From NCBI GenBank assembly GCA_040752075.1, contig JBFMFQ010000003.1, forward strand, positions 1 to 50,225: DNA of 50,225 bases, written 5' to 3'. Both the position numbers and the translations under genes were made by a program. The notes beneath the pieces are model-generated. The model searched no databases. It saw nothing but the letters and a program-made list of their open reading frames with translations, and was not told the origin of the DNA. Below are positions 8,315 to 17,173 of the stretch, in pieces. Position 1 is the stretch's first letter, and each line of letters begins with the position of its first letter. This DNA comes from Candidatus Zixiibacteriota bacterium (lineage in GTDB: Bacteria; Zixibacteria; MSB-5A5; WJJR01).

Positions 8315-9097
8315 TTATCGGGAAACCGGCGGGGTCGCCGACCCTCGTTTCCCCGGTCCCCAGATAAAAAGCGCGCCAATCCCACCCGCCAGCGGCTCAT
8401 AACGGGACTCCCTGAGTCCGGCTGAGGCCATTTCACCGGTCACCTGCTCGGCGGTCGCGTTGTGCTCGACAGACTCCGAGAGATACCGATAGGCAAAGAC
8501 CCCCCTTCCGGCCACCAGCGCCACGAGCCGCGGGGCGATGATCCGGAAGTGCAGGTTGCAGATGGCCCGCCAGATGCGGTTCCGGGGTGTGGAGAGATCC
8601 AGAAGCGCCCCGACACCGGATGGCGCGGAGGTGCGGCTGGCCTCGGCGAAGAACGCCGGACGATTGAAGAGATTGCGTATCGCGAATCCCTGCATCTGTC
8701 CATCGAAGACCCGATCCCGAAATGGCGATCTGGTGACATCGCAGCAGACATACCATGACCGGCCCGCGCCGGCGGGGCCGATCTTTGAGTCGGCGAGAAG
8801 ACGCATCTCCGTGGAGAAGTCGCACATGACCACGCGTCCCAGGTTGCCGGGTCGCTTCAGGTATTCGGCGGCCATGTCCCCGGTCCCGGAGCACCAGTCG
8901 ACGATCAGCCCCTCGGAGGGCATCTGCCTTACGGCGCGCCTGCGCCAACGGCGGTCCATGCCCATCGAGACCCATGTGTTCAGGCGATCGTAGTCGGGGG
9001 CGATGGTGTCGAACATGCGCCGGATAAAACGTGTCTTGGCGACGCGCTCGGCGGACTCGCTCTCTTTAAGGGCGGAAGTCGGTGGATCCTGGATCAA
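8315..9097 (-). CDS. menG: UbiE/MenG family demethylmenaquinone/ubiquinone methyltransferase
   Basis: MFDTIAPDYDRLN...SMGMDRRWRR, DWCSGTGD, FAIRN, AYRYLSESV. Likely TTG start overlaps the upstream stop (TTGA). Confidence 0.8.
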   Translation of the reverse strand: MIQDPPTSALKESESAERVAKTRFIRRMFDTIAPDYDRLNTWVSMGMDRRWRRRAVRQMPSEGLIVDWCSGTGDMAAEYLKRPGNLGRVVMCDFSTEMRLLADSKIGPAGAGRSWYVCCDVTRSPFRDRVFDGQMQGFAIRNLFNRPAFFAEASRTSAPSGVGALLDLSTPRNRIWRAICNLHFRIIAPRLVALVAGRGVFAYRYLSESVEHNATAEQVTGEMASAGLRESRYEPLAGGIGALFIWGPGKRGSATPPVSR

Positions 9098-9591
9098 GAT
9101 GGGTTCGCGGTGTCCTGCGGTGATGCCGGCGAGTCGGGGACAGGCTTGGGCGCGGGCAGGGATCGATCCAGTAGTATGTAGGTCGTGATCTTCCAATCGC
9201 CGTCTTCTTCGCTGCCTACAAACTGGATTTTGAGTTCCTTCAGTCCACCCCGGCCATTCGGACCAAACGCGGCATTCAGGTTAAGCGCGACTTCGCCGGT
9301 CACATGGCGAATGCGGACCAGACTCAGGGCCACATCCCCTTCGACACCGTGGGTGAACACATCGGTAATAAACCGGTTGGGCTCAAACTGGCTGGTTCCG
9401 AGCTTCTTGAGGCCCGCGATGTCGCGCCGGTTGAGACCGTCCTGGATCTTGGGGATCAGGGACTTGACGTACTCGATGGGGTCGACGGGCTCCTTGGAAC
9501 AACCGGTCAGGAGAATCCCGAGGGTGATCGCAATGTGGAAGCGGGCGCTGTGAAGCGTCCGTGGGAAGCCGCATGTCCGTCGGCGTGCCAT
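9094..9591 (-). CDS. Hypothetical lipoprotein
   Basis: Basic N-terminus, hydrophobic stretch and lipobox LLTG-C. First gene of the tightly packed minus-strand operon. Confidence 0.7.
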   Translation of the reverse strand: MARRRTCGFPRTLHSARFHIAITLGILLTGCSKEPVDPIEYVKSLIPKIQDGLNRRDIAGLKKLGTSQFEPNRFITDVFTHGVEGDVALSLVRIRHVTGEVALNLNAAFGPNGRGGLKELKIQFVGSEEDGDWKITTYILLDRSLPAPKPVPDSPASPQDTANPS

Positions 9592-10081
9592 AGGGACTCA
9601 ATTTGCGGGTGAACCCGGCCGGGAATCAAGTCGGAATCGAATGGGTGGAGTTGGATTCATGCCGGGCACGCGGGGTTTGTCTGCTGCCCGCGACCGTGCT
9701 CACAATAAACGGGTCGTGGGCGCTCCTCCCCGGCGCTCGGGCTGAAAACCATTCAATTAGTCAGATTTGGTCTTGTTTCCGCCGTTCCCAGTGATTAGCC
9801 TTTGACCAGTTCGCTTGTCTTCAGAGCGCTTTACCCATCTGATCAATAACAGAACTCCGTACTCGCGCGGGACGCGAGGGAGATTCAAACTCGGGCGAGT
9901 CGATGTTTCGCTGGTACGGCGGTGCATGTGGCGGGCACGAGCGTTGAGCATGCGTACCTCGGAGAGTTTGTCCGACTGGGGCTCTATTCGGTGCCGACCG
10001 ATCCGAACCGTGACTCATCGGGTGGATTCATGAAATGGAACGATGGACAGGTATTCACTTTCAGCCCAGGAGGTGGGAGGA

Positions 10082-13000
10082 ATGGGGAAGAGTCCAGACT
10101 TGTGGGGAAAGAGTGCATCGAACCGCTCAGCACAACAAGGCACCATTCAGATGGTGCTCCTCTTGTGCTTCCTCGGTGTGTGGGGAGGGATGCTGCCGTT
10201 TTCAACCGCCCATGGTCAACTCACCTTCGCGACCAAGGTCGGCACCGCGAATTCCGACGATGAGCGTGGCTCAGCCATCGCGGTCACTCCGGACGGAGGA
10301 TACATTGTCGCGGGTTCTCACCTTCTCGCGTCGCCCACTGGATTCGATTCGTACGTCGCGAAGCTGAGCGGCGGCGGATTGACTCAGTGGGGTGTGACGG
10401 TTGGCCATCCCACGCCGGGGACGTACCGGATTGCACACCGGATTATACCAGCGGTGGATGGAGGATTCGTACTTTCCGGGGAAGCATTCCTCGGCCCGAC
10501 CGGGCAGCAAATCTCGTTGTTCAAGATAGACGGTTTCGGAAACGTGGTGTGGTCCAGGCTGCTTGTCGGGTCAAGCGGCTCGGGGAGTCAGGGGGAGACG
10601 GCATTGGATCTGGCCGCCGATCCGGGTGGGTACGTCCTTTGCGGCCAAACGCAGGGCACCGCGGATGCGGTCCAGGCGCCGATCCTGCTTCGAACGGATG
10701 CATCGGGCACGGTCAGCTGGGTGAAACACTTTAACGACAGCCGCTACGGTTCCGGCACTTTCGCTCGATTCAATGACGTGCGGCCGGAAGCCGGCCTCGG
10801 ATATGTTGTCGCGGGGATGACATCGGCCGGCGTTGGGGCCCAGCAACAGTCTCTGGTACTGAGAACCGACTTGTTGGGGAACGTGCTCTGGGCAAAGACC
10901 TATGATAGGCCCCTGCACGACAGGGCCATGTCGGTTCAACCAGCCGCGAATGGTGACTACTTGGTCGCGGGGAATACGGTCGTTGGCGAGAGCGGCGCCA
11001 ATTACCTCATGCGGATTGACGGGGGTGGAAACCTGCTTTGGTATCGGACGTTTAGTTCATTCTACAACGACTTCCCCCGCGTGCGGGAATCGTCAACCGG
11101 CGATGCGATTGTATCCGGCTCCAGCGGAATCGCCGGGATTCCGGGAGCCGCGCTCATCAACACAACCTCCACCGGCACATTGCAGTGGGCGTGGAACTAC
11201 GGCGTCGACCAATACGGTAACGGGGAAGATTTTGTGATTGCGGCGGACGGCGGATATGCGCTCGTGGGGATGACCGGGACTCCCGGTAATTCCGGTGGAC
11301 AGCCGCCATTTTTCCAGTACCACGTGGTCAAGACCGATCCCGACGGGCTCGTGGGAGGATGCGAGGAGGCATTTGACCCAGGGATCGACAGTGACACTCC
11401 CCCCGTTACCGCGATTACCCTGAACGTGTTCTCCCTGCTAAGCCAAATCAATGATTCGCTTGTCGACACGGACGCACCGGACCTCGACACAACCGTTTGC
11501 TTTCCGTCCGGCGCCTGCTGCCTGCCGAACGGAAGTTGCGTTCTGGTCAATGGATTGAGCGAATGTGACTTTCTGGGCGGTTTCTACCAGGGGGATGGTT
11601 CGGATTGCACGCCCAACCCCTGCTTGGGCCAGCTCATCGCATGCAAGTTCAAGGACGAGAACTGCAATGGGATTCAGGATCCGGGCGAAACCGGACTGGC
11701 GGGCGTCACCATTCGCGCCAATGGGCCAGGCGGATCGTTGAGCGGAGTTACGGACGCTGGTGGATGTGTCGATTTCGGGGCGATTTTACCCGGCACCTAC
11801 ACGGTGCGGGAAGACGTTCCCTCCGACATGGTCCAAACGGCTCCCACTACGGTCTTTTCAACGGTGACCGTGCTGGCAGGCGAAGGGGCTGCCGCGCCGC
11901 TATTCGGCAATGCCGACACCCTCTGCCTTGATACGCTGCTCATCGATACCTGCCGGGCCGGCCGGAACGATTCTTTCCTCACAACTGACGGCTCCGAACT
12001 GGCTTCCCCCAGCACGGCGCTGTGCGCGCTGATCACGTCCGGCTTTCTGGGCGGCCCGTTGGACGACTGTAATCCACCGAATTGCTCGGAATTCGATTGC
12101 GCGCATACCAATCGTGGCTTCGGTCACACCTTTTCCGGCTGTTGGGATTCCACCTGCTGCGTTCTCGGCGCACGACTCAACTTCCGAGTACGATCGGCGG
12201 GTGGAGAAGCCGACAATGACGGGATCGGGATTTACGCGGACAATGGCGCGGGAGGGTTTGTCGGAGTCTGGGGCATCCCATTCGCCACGATCGACCCCAC
12301 CTGGCCCGCCAATGTGCTGACCGCATCGCTCGACCTCGAGAACCTCCCCGCCAGTTCCATCGGCATTACAAACATCCTGGCGACATTGCAAAGCGGGGAA
12401 CTGAACGTCATCATTCAGGACGATTCAGAGATCGATTATCTCGAGCTCATCGTCACCACATGCTGCCACTGCGTAGAACCGCCGGACAGCATGGTGGCCT
12501 GGTGGACTTTTGATCAGGAAGACACCCTGAACTTCAACGACAGGGCGGGGGCGGTTAACAACGTGGGCGCCTACATCGGGTCCGCACCCAATGTGCCTCC
12601 CGGATGTATTGACCGGGCCGTTTCGCTGGACGGCACGGATTTCGTCAGTGTAACCGACCAAGCTGAATTGAATTTCGGTACCGGCAATTTCACGATAGAC
12701 GCCTGGATTCGGACGACCGCCACCGGAATTCGTCCGATCGTTGACAAGCGCAGTGGAACTGGTGGTGTCGGCGACCCGCTCGTGGGGTACGCGCTTCTCT
12801 TATTCAACGGAAACCTCGGATTCCAGATGGCGGACGGTGTCGGCAGCGGGTGCGTGTGCGGCCTGGGAGCGCAATGCGACAACAACTTCTCGAGCGGCCC
12901 CAATCTGGCGGATGGTCGTTGCCATCACGTTGCCGTGACTGTCGACCGGGTGACCGCGACGGGAACACTGTACGTTGACGGCGCATCAGTGCACACGTTT

Positions 13001-13420
13001 ACGCCACGCAACGGCAATCTCGACAACCCTGCCGACTTGTGGATCGGGCGCAGGCATCTGAACCCCTGTGGTTTGAGCGAAGCTTACTGGGTAGGCGAAA
13101 TCGATGAACTGGAGATGTTCAACCGTTCTCTGACCCCGAACGAGATAATGGCTTTGGCGGGCCCGGCAGGGAAGTGCAAAGACTGCTGCGACTGCCCCTT
13201 CCAGGGTGACCTGAATGGAGACGGATTCGTCGATGCCGTCGACTTGGCAATTCTCATCGACATCGTGTTCTTTGGTGCACCCGATGTTCAAGACCCGTGC
13301 TGCCCGACCACGCGGGGAGACTTCAATGGGGATGGCTTTGTCGATGCGACCGATCTGGCATTTCTGATCGACTACGTGTTCTTCGGAGGGATCGGGCCAA
13401 CTGATCCGTGCGGTCCATAG
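10082..13420 (+). CDS. Secreted multidomain protein: 7-blade beta-propeller, Cys-rich module, SdrD-B/Cna-like domain, unknown domain, LamG-like domain, C-terminal dockerin
   Basis: AGGAGG RBS before ATG 10082 and a signal peptide. Seven 'DGGY(I/V)xxG...xDxxGxxxW'-type blades, KFKDENCNGIQDPGETGLAGVTI (SdrD-B), FTIDAWI...HHVAVT...GEIDELEMFNRSLT (LamG), dockerin at 13187-13420. Confidence 0.85.
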   Translation: MGKSPDLWGKSASNRSAQQGTIQMVLLLCFLGVWGGMLPFSTAHGQLTFATKVGTANSDDERGSAIAVTPDGGYIVAGSHLLASPTGFDSYVAKLSGGGLTQWGVTVGHPTPGTYRIAHRIIPAVDGGFVLSGEAFLGPTGQQISLFKIDGFGNVVWSRLLVGSSGSGSQGETALDLAADPGGYVLCGQTQGTADAVQAPILLRTDASGTVSWVKHFNDSRYGSGTFARFNDVRPEAGLGYVVAGMTSAGVGAQQQSLVLRTDLLGNVLWAKTYDRPLHDRAMSVQPAANGDYLVAGNTVVGESGANYLMRIDGGGNLLWYRTFSSFYNDFPRVRESSTGDAIVSGSSGIAGIPGAALINTTSTGTLQWAWNYGVDQYGNGEDFVIAADGGYALVGMTGTPGNSGGQPPFFQYHVVKTDPDGLVGGCEEAFDPGIDSDTPPVTAITLNVFSLLSQINDSLVDTDAPDLDTTVCFPSGACCLPNGSCVLVNGLSECDFLGGFYQGDGSDCTPNPCLGQLIACKFKDENCNGIQDPGETGLAGVTIRANGPGGSLSGVTDAGGCVDFGAILPGTYTVREDVPSDMVQTAPTTVFSTVTVLAGEGAAAPLFGNADTLCLDTLLIDTCRAGRNDSFLTTDGSELASPSTALCALITSGFLGGPLDDCNPPNCSEFDCAHTNRGFGHTFSGCWDSTCCVLGARLNFRVRSAGGEADNDGIGIYADNGAGGFVGVWGIPFATIDPTWPANVLTASLDLENLPASSIGITNILATLQSGELNVIIQDDSEIDYLELIVTTCCHCVEPPDSMVAWWTFDQEDTLNFNDRAGAVNNVGAYIGSAPNVPPGCIDRAVSLDGTDFVSVTDQAELNFGTGNFTIDAWIRTTATGIRPIVDKRSGTGGVGDPLVGYALLLFNGNLGFQMADGVGSGCVCGLGAQCDNNFSSGPNLADGRCHHVAVTVDRVTATGTLYVDGASVHTFTPRNGNLDNPADLWIGRRHLNPCGLSEAYWVGEIDELEMFNRSLTPNEIMALAGPAGKCKDCCDCPFQGDLNGDGFVDAVDLAILIDIVFFGAPDVQDPCCPTTRGDFNGDGFVDATDLAFLIDYVFFGGIGPTDPCGP

Positions 13421-13565
13421 TTTGCCGGGCGTTGTCGGACGGAGGTGATGTGGAACGGTCTCGTTTTGCACTCAACGGGACCACACCCAAGCGCCGAGGG
13501 GTGATCTTTGTCTGCAATGGGAAATCACAAATACGCTAAGCAGCATCGCACATGCCGGAGGTGGT

Positions 13566-15872
13566 ATGGTTAGGTCGATTTGCCGCAAGACTCGTCTCGC
13601 AGGAGCAATCGTGCTTTTTGGGGGTGTTCTGATATCTTCGCCGGTTTACGGTCAGTCTTTTTGCTTTGATCCAGCGATTCCGTATCCTTCGCTGATCAAT
13701 CCAAGTTCCGTTGTCGCCGCCCCACTGGATTTGGATGGGAACCTCGATCTCGCGGTGGCCAACGCCGGCGGTGGATCCGGCAAGCTGGCGATTTTGACGA
13801 ACGGCGGTGGCGGAGTGTTCGGTCCCGCCGTCTACCATTCGGCGGGTGCCTTTTCTAACGCCATTGTCGCGGCACACCTGGATGGGAACCCTGGTTTGGA
13901 CTTGGCGATTGCCAACAACGGAAGCGACAACGTGTCAGTTTTCCTGAACGATGGAGTCGGTGGGTTTCCGCCCTTGCCGACCAACTACGCGGCCGGCGAC
14001 GGTCCGTACTCGCTGGCGGCTGCAGACTTTGATGGAGACGGTTACAACGACTTGGTCATCGCGGATGACGGCAGCGGGCTTGTCTCAATTCTGACGAATG
14101 ACGGCTCGGGCGGTTTCTCGATTACGGCTTCGTACCCCGCCGCCGCCAATCCGCGTTCGGTCGTTGCGGGCGATTTCGATGGACAGGATGGCCCGGACGT
14201 AGCAGTTGTCGCGACCAACAGCGGGGAGTTGATTGTCTATTTCAACGATGGGGCAGGGAATCTCATCATTCCGTCCGACACGTACCCGACAGGGGGACTC
14301 CCGTGGTCCGTGACCGCGGCCGATCTCGATCTCGATGGCGACTTGGATCTGGCGGTTGCGAACTATGACGATGTCAATGACGTGGCCGTTTTCAGAAACG
14401 ACGGGGCGGGGGGGTTTTCATCCTCCGGTTATTACACGGCCGGCGCCAGCTGTCGATCGATTACCGCAGCGGATTTGGACTGCGACGGATACCCGGACCT
14501 CGCCGTGGCCAACTTCAACGGAAACAACATCTCCCTCTTTAGGAACGAAGGGCCCCCTTCTTGGGCCTTCGGGGCGGCAGAGCACTTCGCCGTCGGTTCC
14601 GGACCGCTCTCGGTGACAGCCGCCGATCTGGATGGGGATGGGGACCGGGACCTGGCCACCGCCAATTATTTCAGCGCGGACATCTCGGTGCTGATGGGTT
14701 GCTGCAATTGCGATCGGACATGCGACATTTTCGCCGGAGAGTTCCCTGTCTACTACGAAACGCGCGCCGGGAATCGGGATGATTTCACTACATTCGATGG
14801 TCCCGAAGTGGCCGCACCGGATGCACCGCTACAGGCCTACCTCAGCACGTGCGGCGCCAGCCCCTTGATCTGCCCGCCGGGTATCGTGGGGCCGATGTTC
14901 GACTGCGAGGCCATCGATCAGTGCTTTGGTCACACGTTTTACCAGACGTGGGATACCTCACGCTGCATCATTGATGCCTCACTCTGCTTCCAGGTTGCCG
15001 CAATTGGTTCCGGGTCCATCAACGATCGCCTCCTGCTCATGGAGGACGGCCTTGAGATCTGGTCCATTGACATGAATCAGATTCGGGCATTGCAGACCTC
15101 CGGAGCCGACCCCACATGGGGAGGCGGGTCGGCGGACACGATGGAGTACTGCATCAACTTGACCAATCTCCCCGCAGGAGGGATTGGACCCACCGACATC
15201 CTTCCCACTTTGCAGGACGCCGACTTGGATGTGGTCTTCGAGATGAACACGATGGTCGACTACGTTCAGCTTGATGTGACTGTCTGCTGCACGGGCTGTG
15301 TGGCGGACGGGGACATCGACGGCGACGGCGGCGTTTGGAGCGTCGCCGACCAGATCGCCCTGACACGTTTCGTGGAGGGTGTGGGCCCCGCGCCCATCCC
15401 GCTTTGCCGGGCGGACTTGAACGCGGACGGCATGATTGACCAGGCCGACGTCGATCTTTTCGACTGCGTGTTCACCTACGGTGTCGGCCCCTGCCTTGAG
15501 ACCTATCCTGTACCGACTCCGTGCATCCAAGACACGATTCGCGGGTGCTGCATCGAAAACGACAGTTGCTTCATTCGCTCGCCTTCCAACTGCGCGGCCC
15601 GTGGTGGCTTGTACCTTGGCGATGGCGCCGTCGAGTGCTGCTGGTGTCCGCACCAGGGAGACGTCAATGGGGATGGATTCGTGGATGCCGTGGACCTGGC
15701 AATCCTCATCGACATTGTCTTCTTCGGTTTCCTCGATGTTCAGGATCCATGCTGCCCGACATCACGTGCTGACTTCGACGGCAATGGTGTCGTCGACGCA
15801 GTCGACCTCGCGCTCCTGATCGACCACGTCTTCTTCGGCGGCCCGGGTCCGGTCGATCCGTGTGAGCCGTAG
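13566..15872 (+). CDS. Secreted FG-GAP/VCBS repeat protein with unknown domain and two dockerin-like domains
   Basis: GGAGGT RBS and a signal peptide. Seven DxDxDGxxDLAVAN-type repeats, internal dockerin-like pair (~15300-15490), terminal dockerin at 15639-15872. Confidence 0.88.
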   Translation: MVRSICRKTRLAGAIVLFGGVLISSPVYGQSFCFDPAIPYPSLINPSSVVAAPLDLDGNLDLAVANAGGGSGKLAILTNGGGGVFGPAVYHSAGAFSNAIVAAHLDGNPGLDLAIANNGSDNVSVFLNDGVGGFPPLPTNYAAGDGPYSLAAADFDGDGYNDLVIADDGSGLVSILTNDGSGGFSITASYPAAANPRSVVAGDFDGQDGPDVAVVATNSGELIVYFNDGAGNLIIPSDTYPTGGLPWSVTAADLDLDGDLDLAVANYDDVNDVAVFRNDGAGGFSSSGYYTAGASCRSITAADLDCDGYPDLAVANFNGNNISLFRNEGPPSWAFGAAEHFAVGSGPLSVTAADLDGDGDRDLATANYFSADISVLMGCCNCDRTCDIFAGEFPVYYETRAGNRDDFTTFDGPEVAAPDAPLQAYLSTCGASPLICPPGIVGPMFDCEAIDQCFGHTFYQTWDTSRCIIDASLCFQVAAIGSGSINDRLLLMEDGLEIWSIDMNQIRALQTSGADPTWGGGSADTMEYCINLTNLPAGGIGPTDILPTLQDADLDVVFEMNTMVDYVQLDVTVCCTGCVADGDIDGDGGVWSVADQIALTRFVEGVGPAPIPLCRADLNADGMIDQADVDLFDCVFTYGVGPCLETYPVPTPCIQDTIRGCCIENDSCFIRSPSNCAARGGLYLGDGAVECCWCPHQGDVNGDGFVDAVDLAILIDIVFFGFLDVQDPCCPTSRADFDGNGVVDAVDLALLIDHVFFGGPGPVDPCEP

Positions 15873-15880
15873 TCGGGGCA

Positions 15881-15935
15881 TCAGATCTTTCAATGGAAGG
15901 ACCCGTGGGGCATCACTTGCCCCACGGCTGTTTCA
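15881..15935 (+). repeat. Conserved post-dockerin 3' element, copy 1 (hairpin 15903-15927)
   Basis: TCAGATCTTTCAATGGAAGGACCCGTGGGGCATCACTTGCCCCACGG, near-identical to 18670-18724. Confidence 0.75.
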
Positions 15936-16007
15936 AAGATCAACCGTGCACCATTTCCAGTTCTGGTCGTCAACATACGAACATCACACTTGGGTAAGGA
16001 GCAGCCA

Positions 16008-16718
16008 ATGAGAAAGTGCCTCGGGTTTTGCATGGTCGGCGCCCTCCTTGTTGCGGGACTGGGCCGTCCCTGTTTAGCGGTCAATCTGGTCGAGGTGGAA
16101 TCCAAGACCGTCACCGTGGGAGAGATGACGAGCGTCGGTGTATTCGTGACGAATGACGTTGTTGTCACTGGGTGGGAGATCCCGCTTGTGGTTCGGACGA
16201 TCAGCGGTGGTGCCTACATGACCGCGTTTACGCCGGGTTACCCGCCATCGCGGCTGAGCGGACTATTGGATGACATCTCAAGTTTGACCACCTACCCAAC
16301 ACCCGATGGGACGTGCAAGCCAGGTGGCTTTGGGGCGATCGGCACGCTTGACTATACCTCGCCAGATGCCATGAAGTCGGACCGTCTCGGGATCTTTTCG
16401 AACAAGTACCTGCCAGCAGGCTCGGATGGCTCTCCAGGGACCGGGACGCCATCAATGTCCCTGGCTTTGACTGCAAATGCGAATGTCGGGAGCTTTGAGA
16501 TCGACACGACCTGCGTCAACCCTGGGCAACATCTTCTCTTCGCGCATACATCCGGAGCGGTTGTCCCGAACTTCGTAAAGGGAACAATCACGGTTGCTCC
16601 CCCACCGCCGCCGGCGGGCGACATGGATTGTGATGGAGACACCGACGCAGTTGATCTGGCAATACTCATCGACATTGTCTTCTTTGGCGCCGCGCCCATT
16701 CCTGTGTGCGGATCGTAG
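16008..16718 (+). CDS. Secreted cohesin-like domain protein with poly-Pro linker and a single dockerin half-repeat
   Basis: AAGGAG RBS and a signal peptide. The beta-sandwich pattern VEVESKTVTVGEMTSVGVFVTN...GWEIPL...FVKGTITV is typical of cohesin-like folds. PPPPP linker, then GDMDCDGDTDAVDLAILIDIVFFG. Confidence 0.7.
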   Translation: MRKCLGFCMVGALLVAGLGRPCLAVNLVEVESKTVTVGEMTSVGVFVTNDVVVTGWEIPLVVRTISGGAYMTAFTPGYPPSRLSGLLDDISSLTTYPTPDGTCKPGGFGAIGTLDYTSPDAMKSDRLGIFSNKYLPAGSDGSPGTGTPSMSLALTANANVGSFEIDTTCVNPGQHLLFAHTSGAVVPNFVKGTITVAPPPPPAGDMDCDGDTDAVDLAILIDIVFFGAAPIPVCGS

Positions 16719-17173
16719 GACTTGCACCACTTAGTCAGTGGCGGATTCGTGTGACTGAAGAGCATGACTCACAGGGTGGAGGTGACTCCACGGGCATCGG
16801 CACTCTGGCTTCTGCGCGAGCGATTGCTCGGGCAAACAAGGTGAGCCGGCTTGTTGGGATCATAGCAAACAGGCTGATTGGGCATGTGGCAGAGTATGGG
16901 CAGGCGCCCTCCCGAGCCAGATATTCGGAGCCAAGCACCCGTGGCAGAGGCTGCAGCGCTCGACCCGCTGTTGGGGGACTTCCTCCCCTGGCCGCAAAGC
17001 CACAATCCGCCGCCTTTGACGCTCGAAATCCCACGGCGGGCGAGATCTCGCTCCCGCTTTCTCGCCTAAACCGCAGCGGGACTCAGGACCTCTGCATCGG
17101 TCTTCGAAACAAAATAGGGCTGCTCTTCGCGACCATTGACTTAACAACTGAATCAGCACCACTGGAGGTGGCG

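Noticed and set aside
9933-9947. sigma54 promoter upstream of the dockerin cluster (GGGCACG-N4-TTGA)
   Set aside because: Mismatches at both ends of the consensus and no supporting IHF site. Too weak to call.
16706-17173. 156-codon N-terminal extension of the WDGSSW-repeat gene
   Set aside because: The RBS (GGAGG) and signal peptide begin at ATG 17174. The upstream translation looks non-coding.
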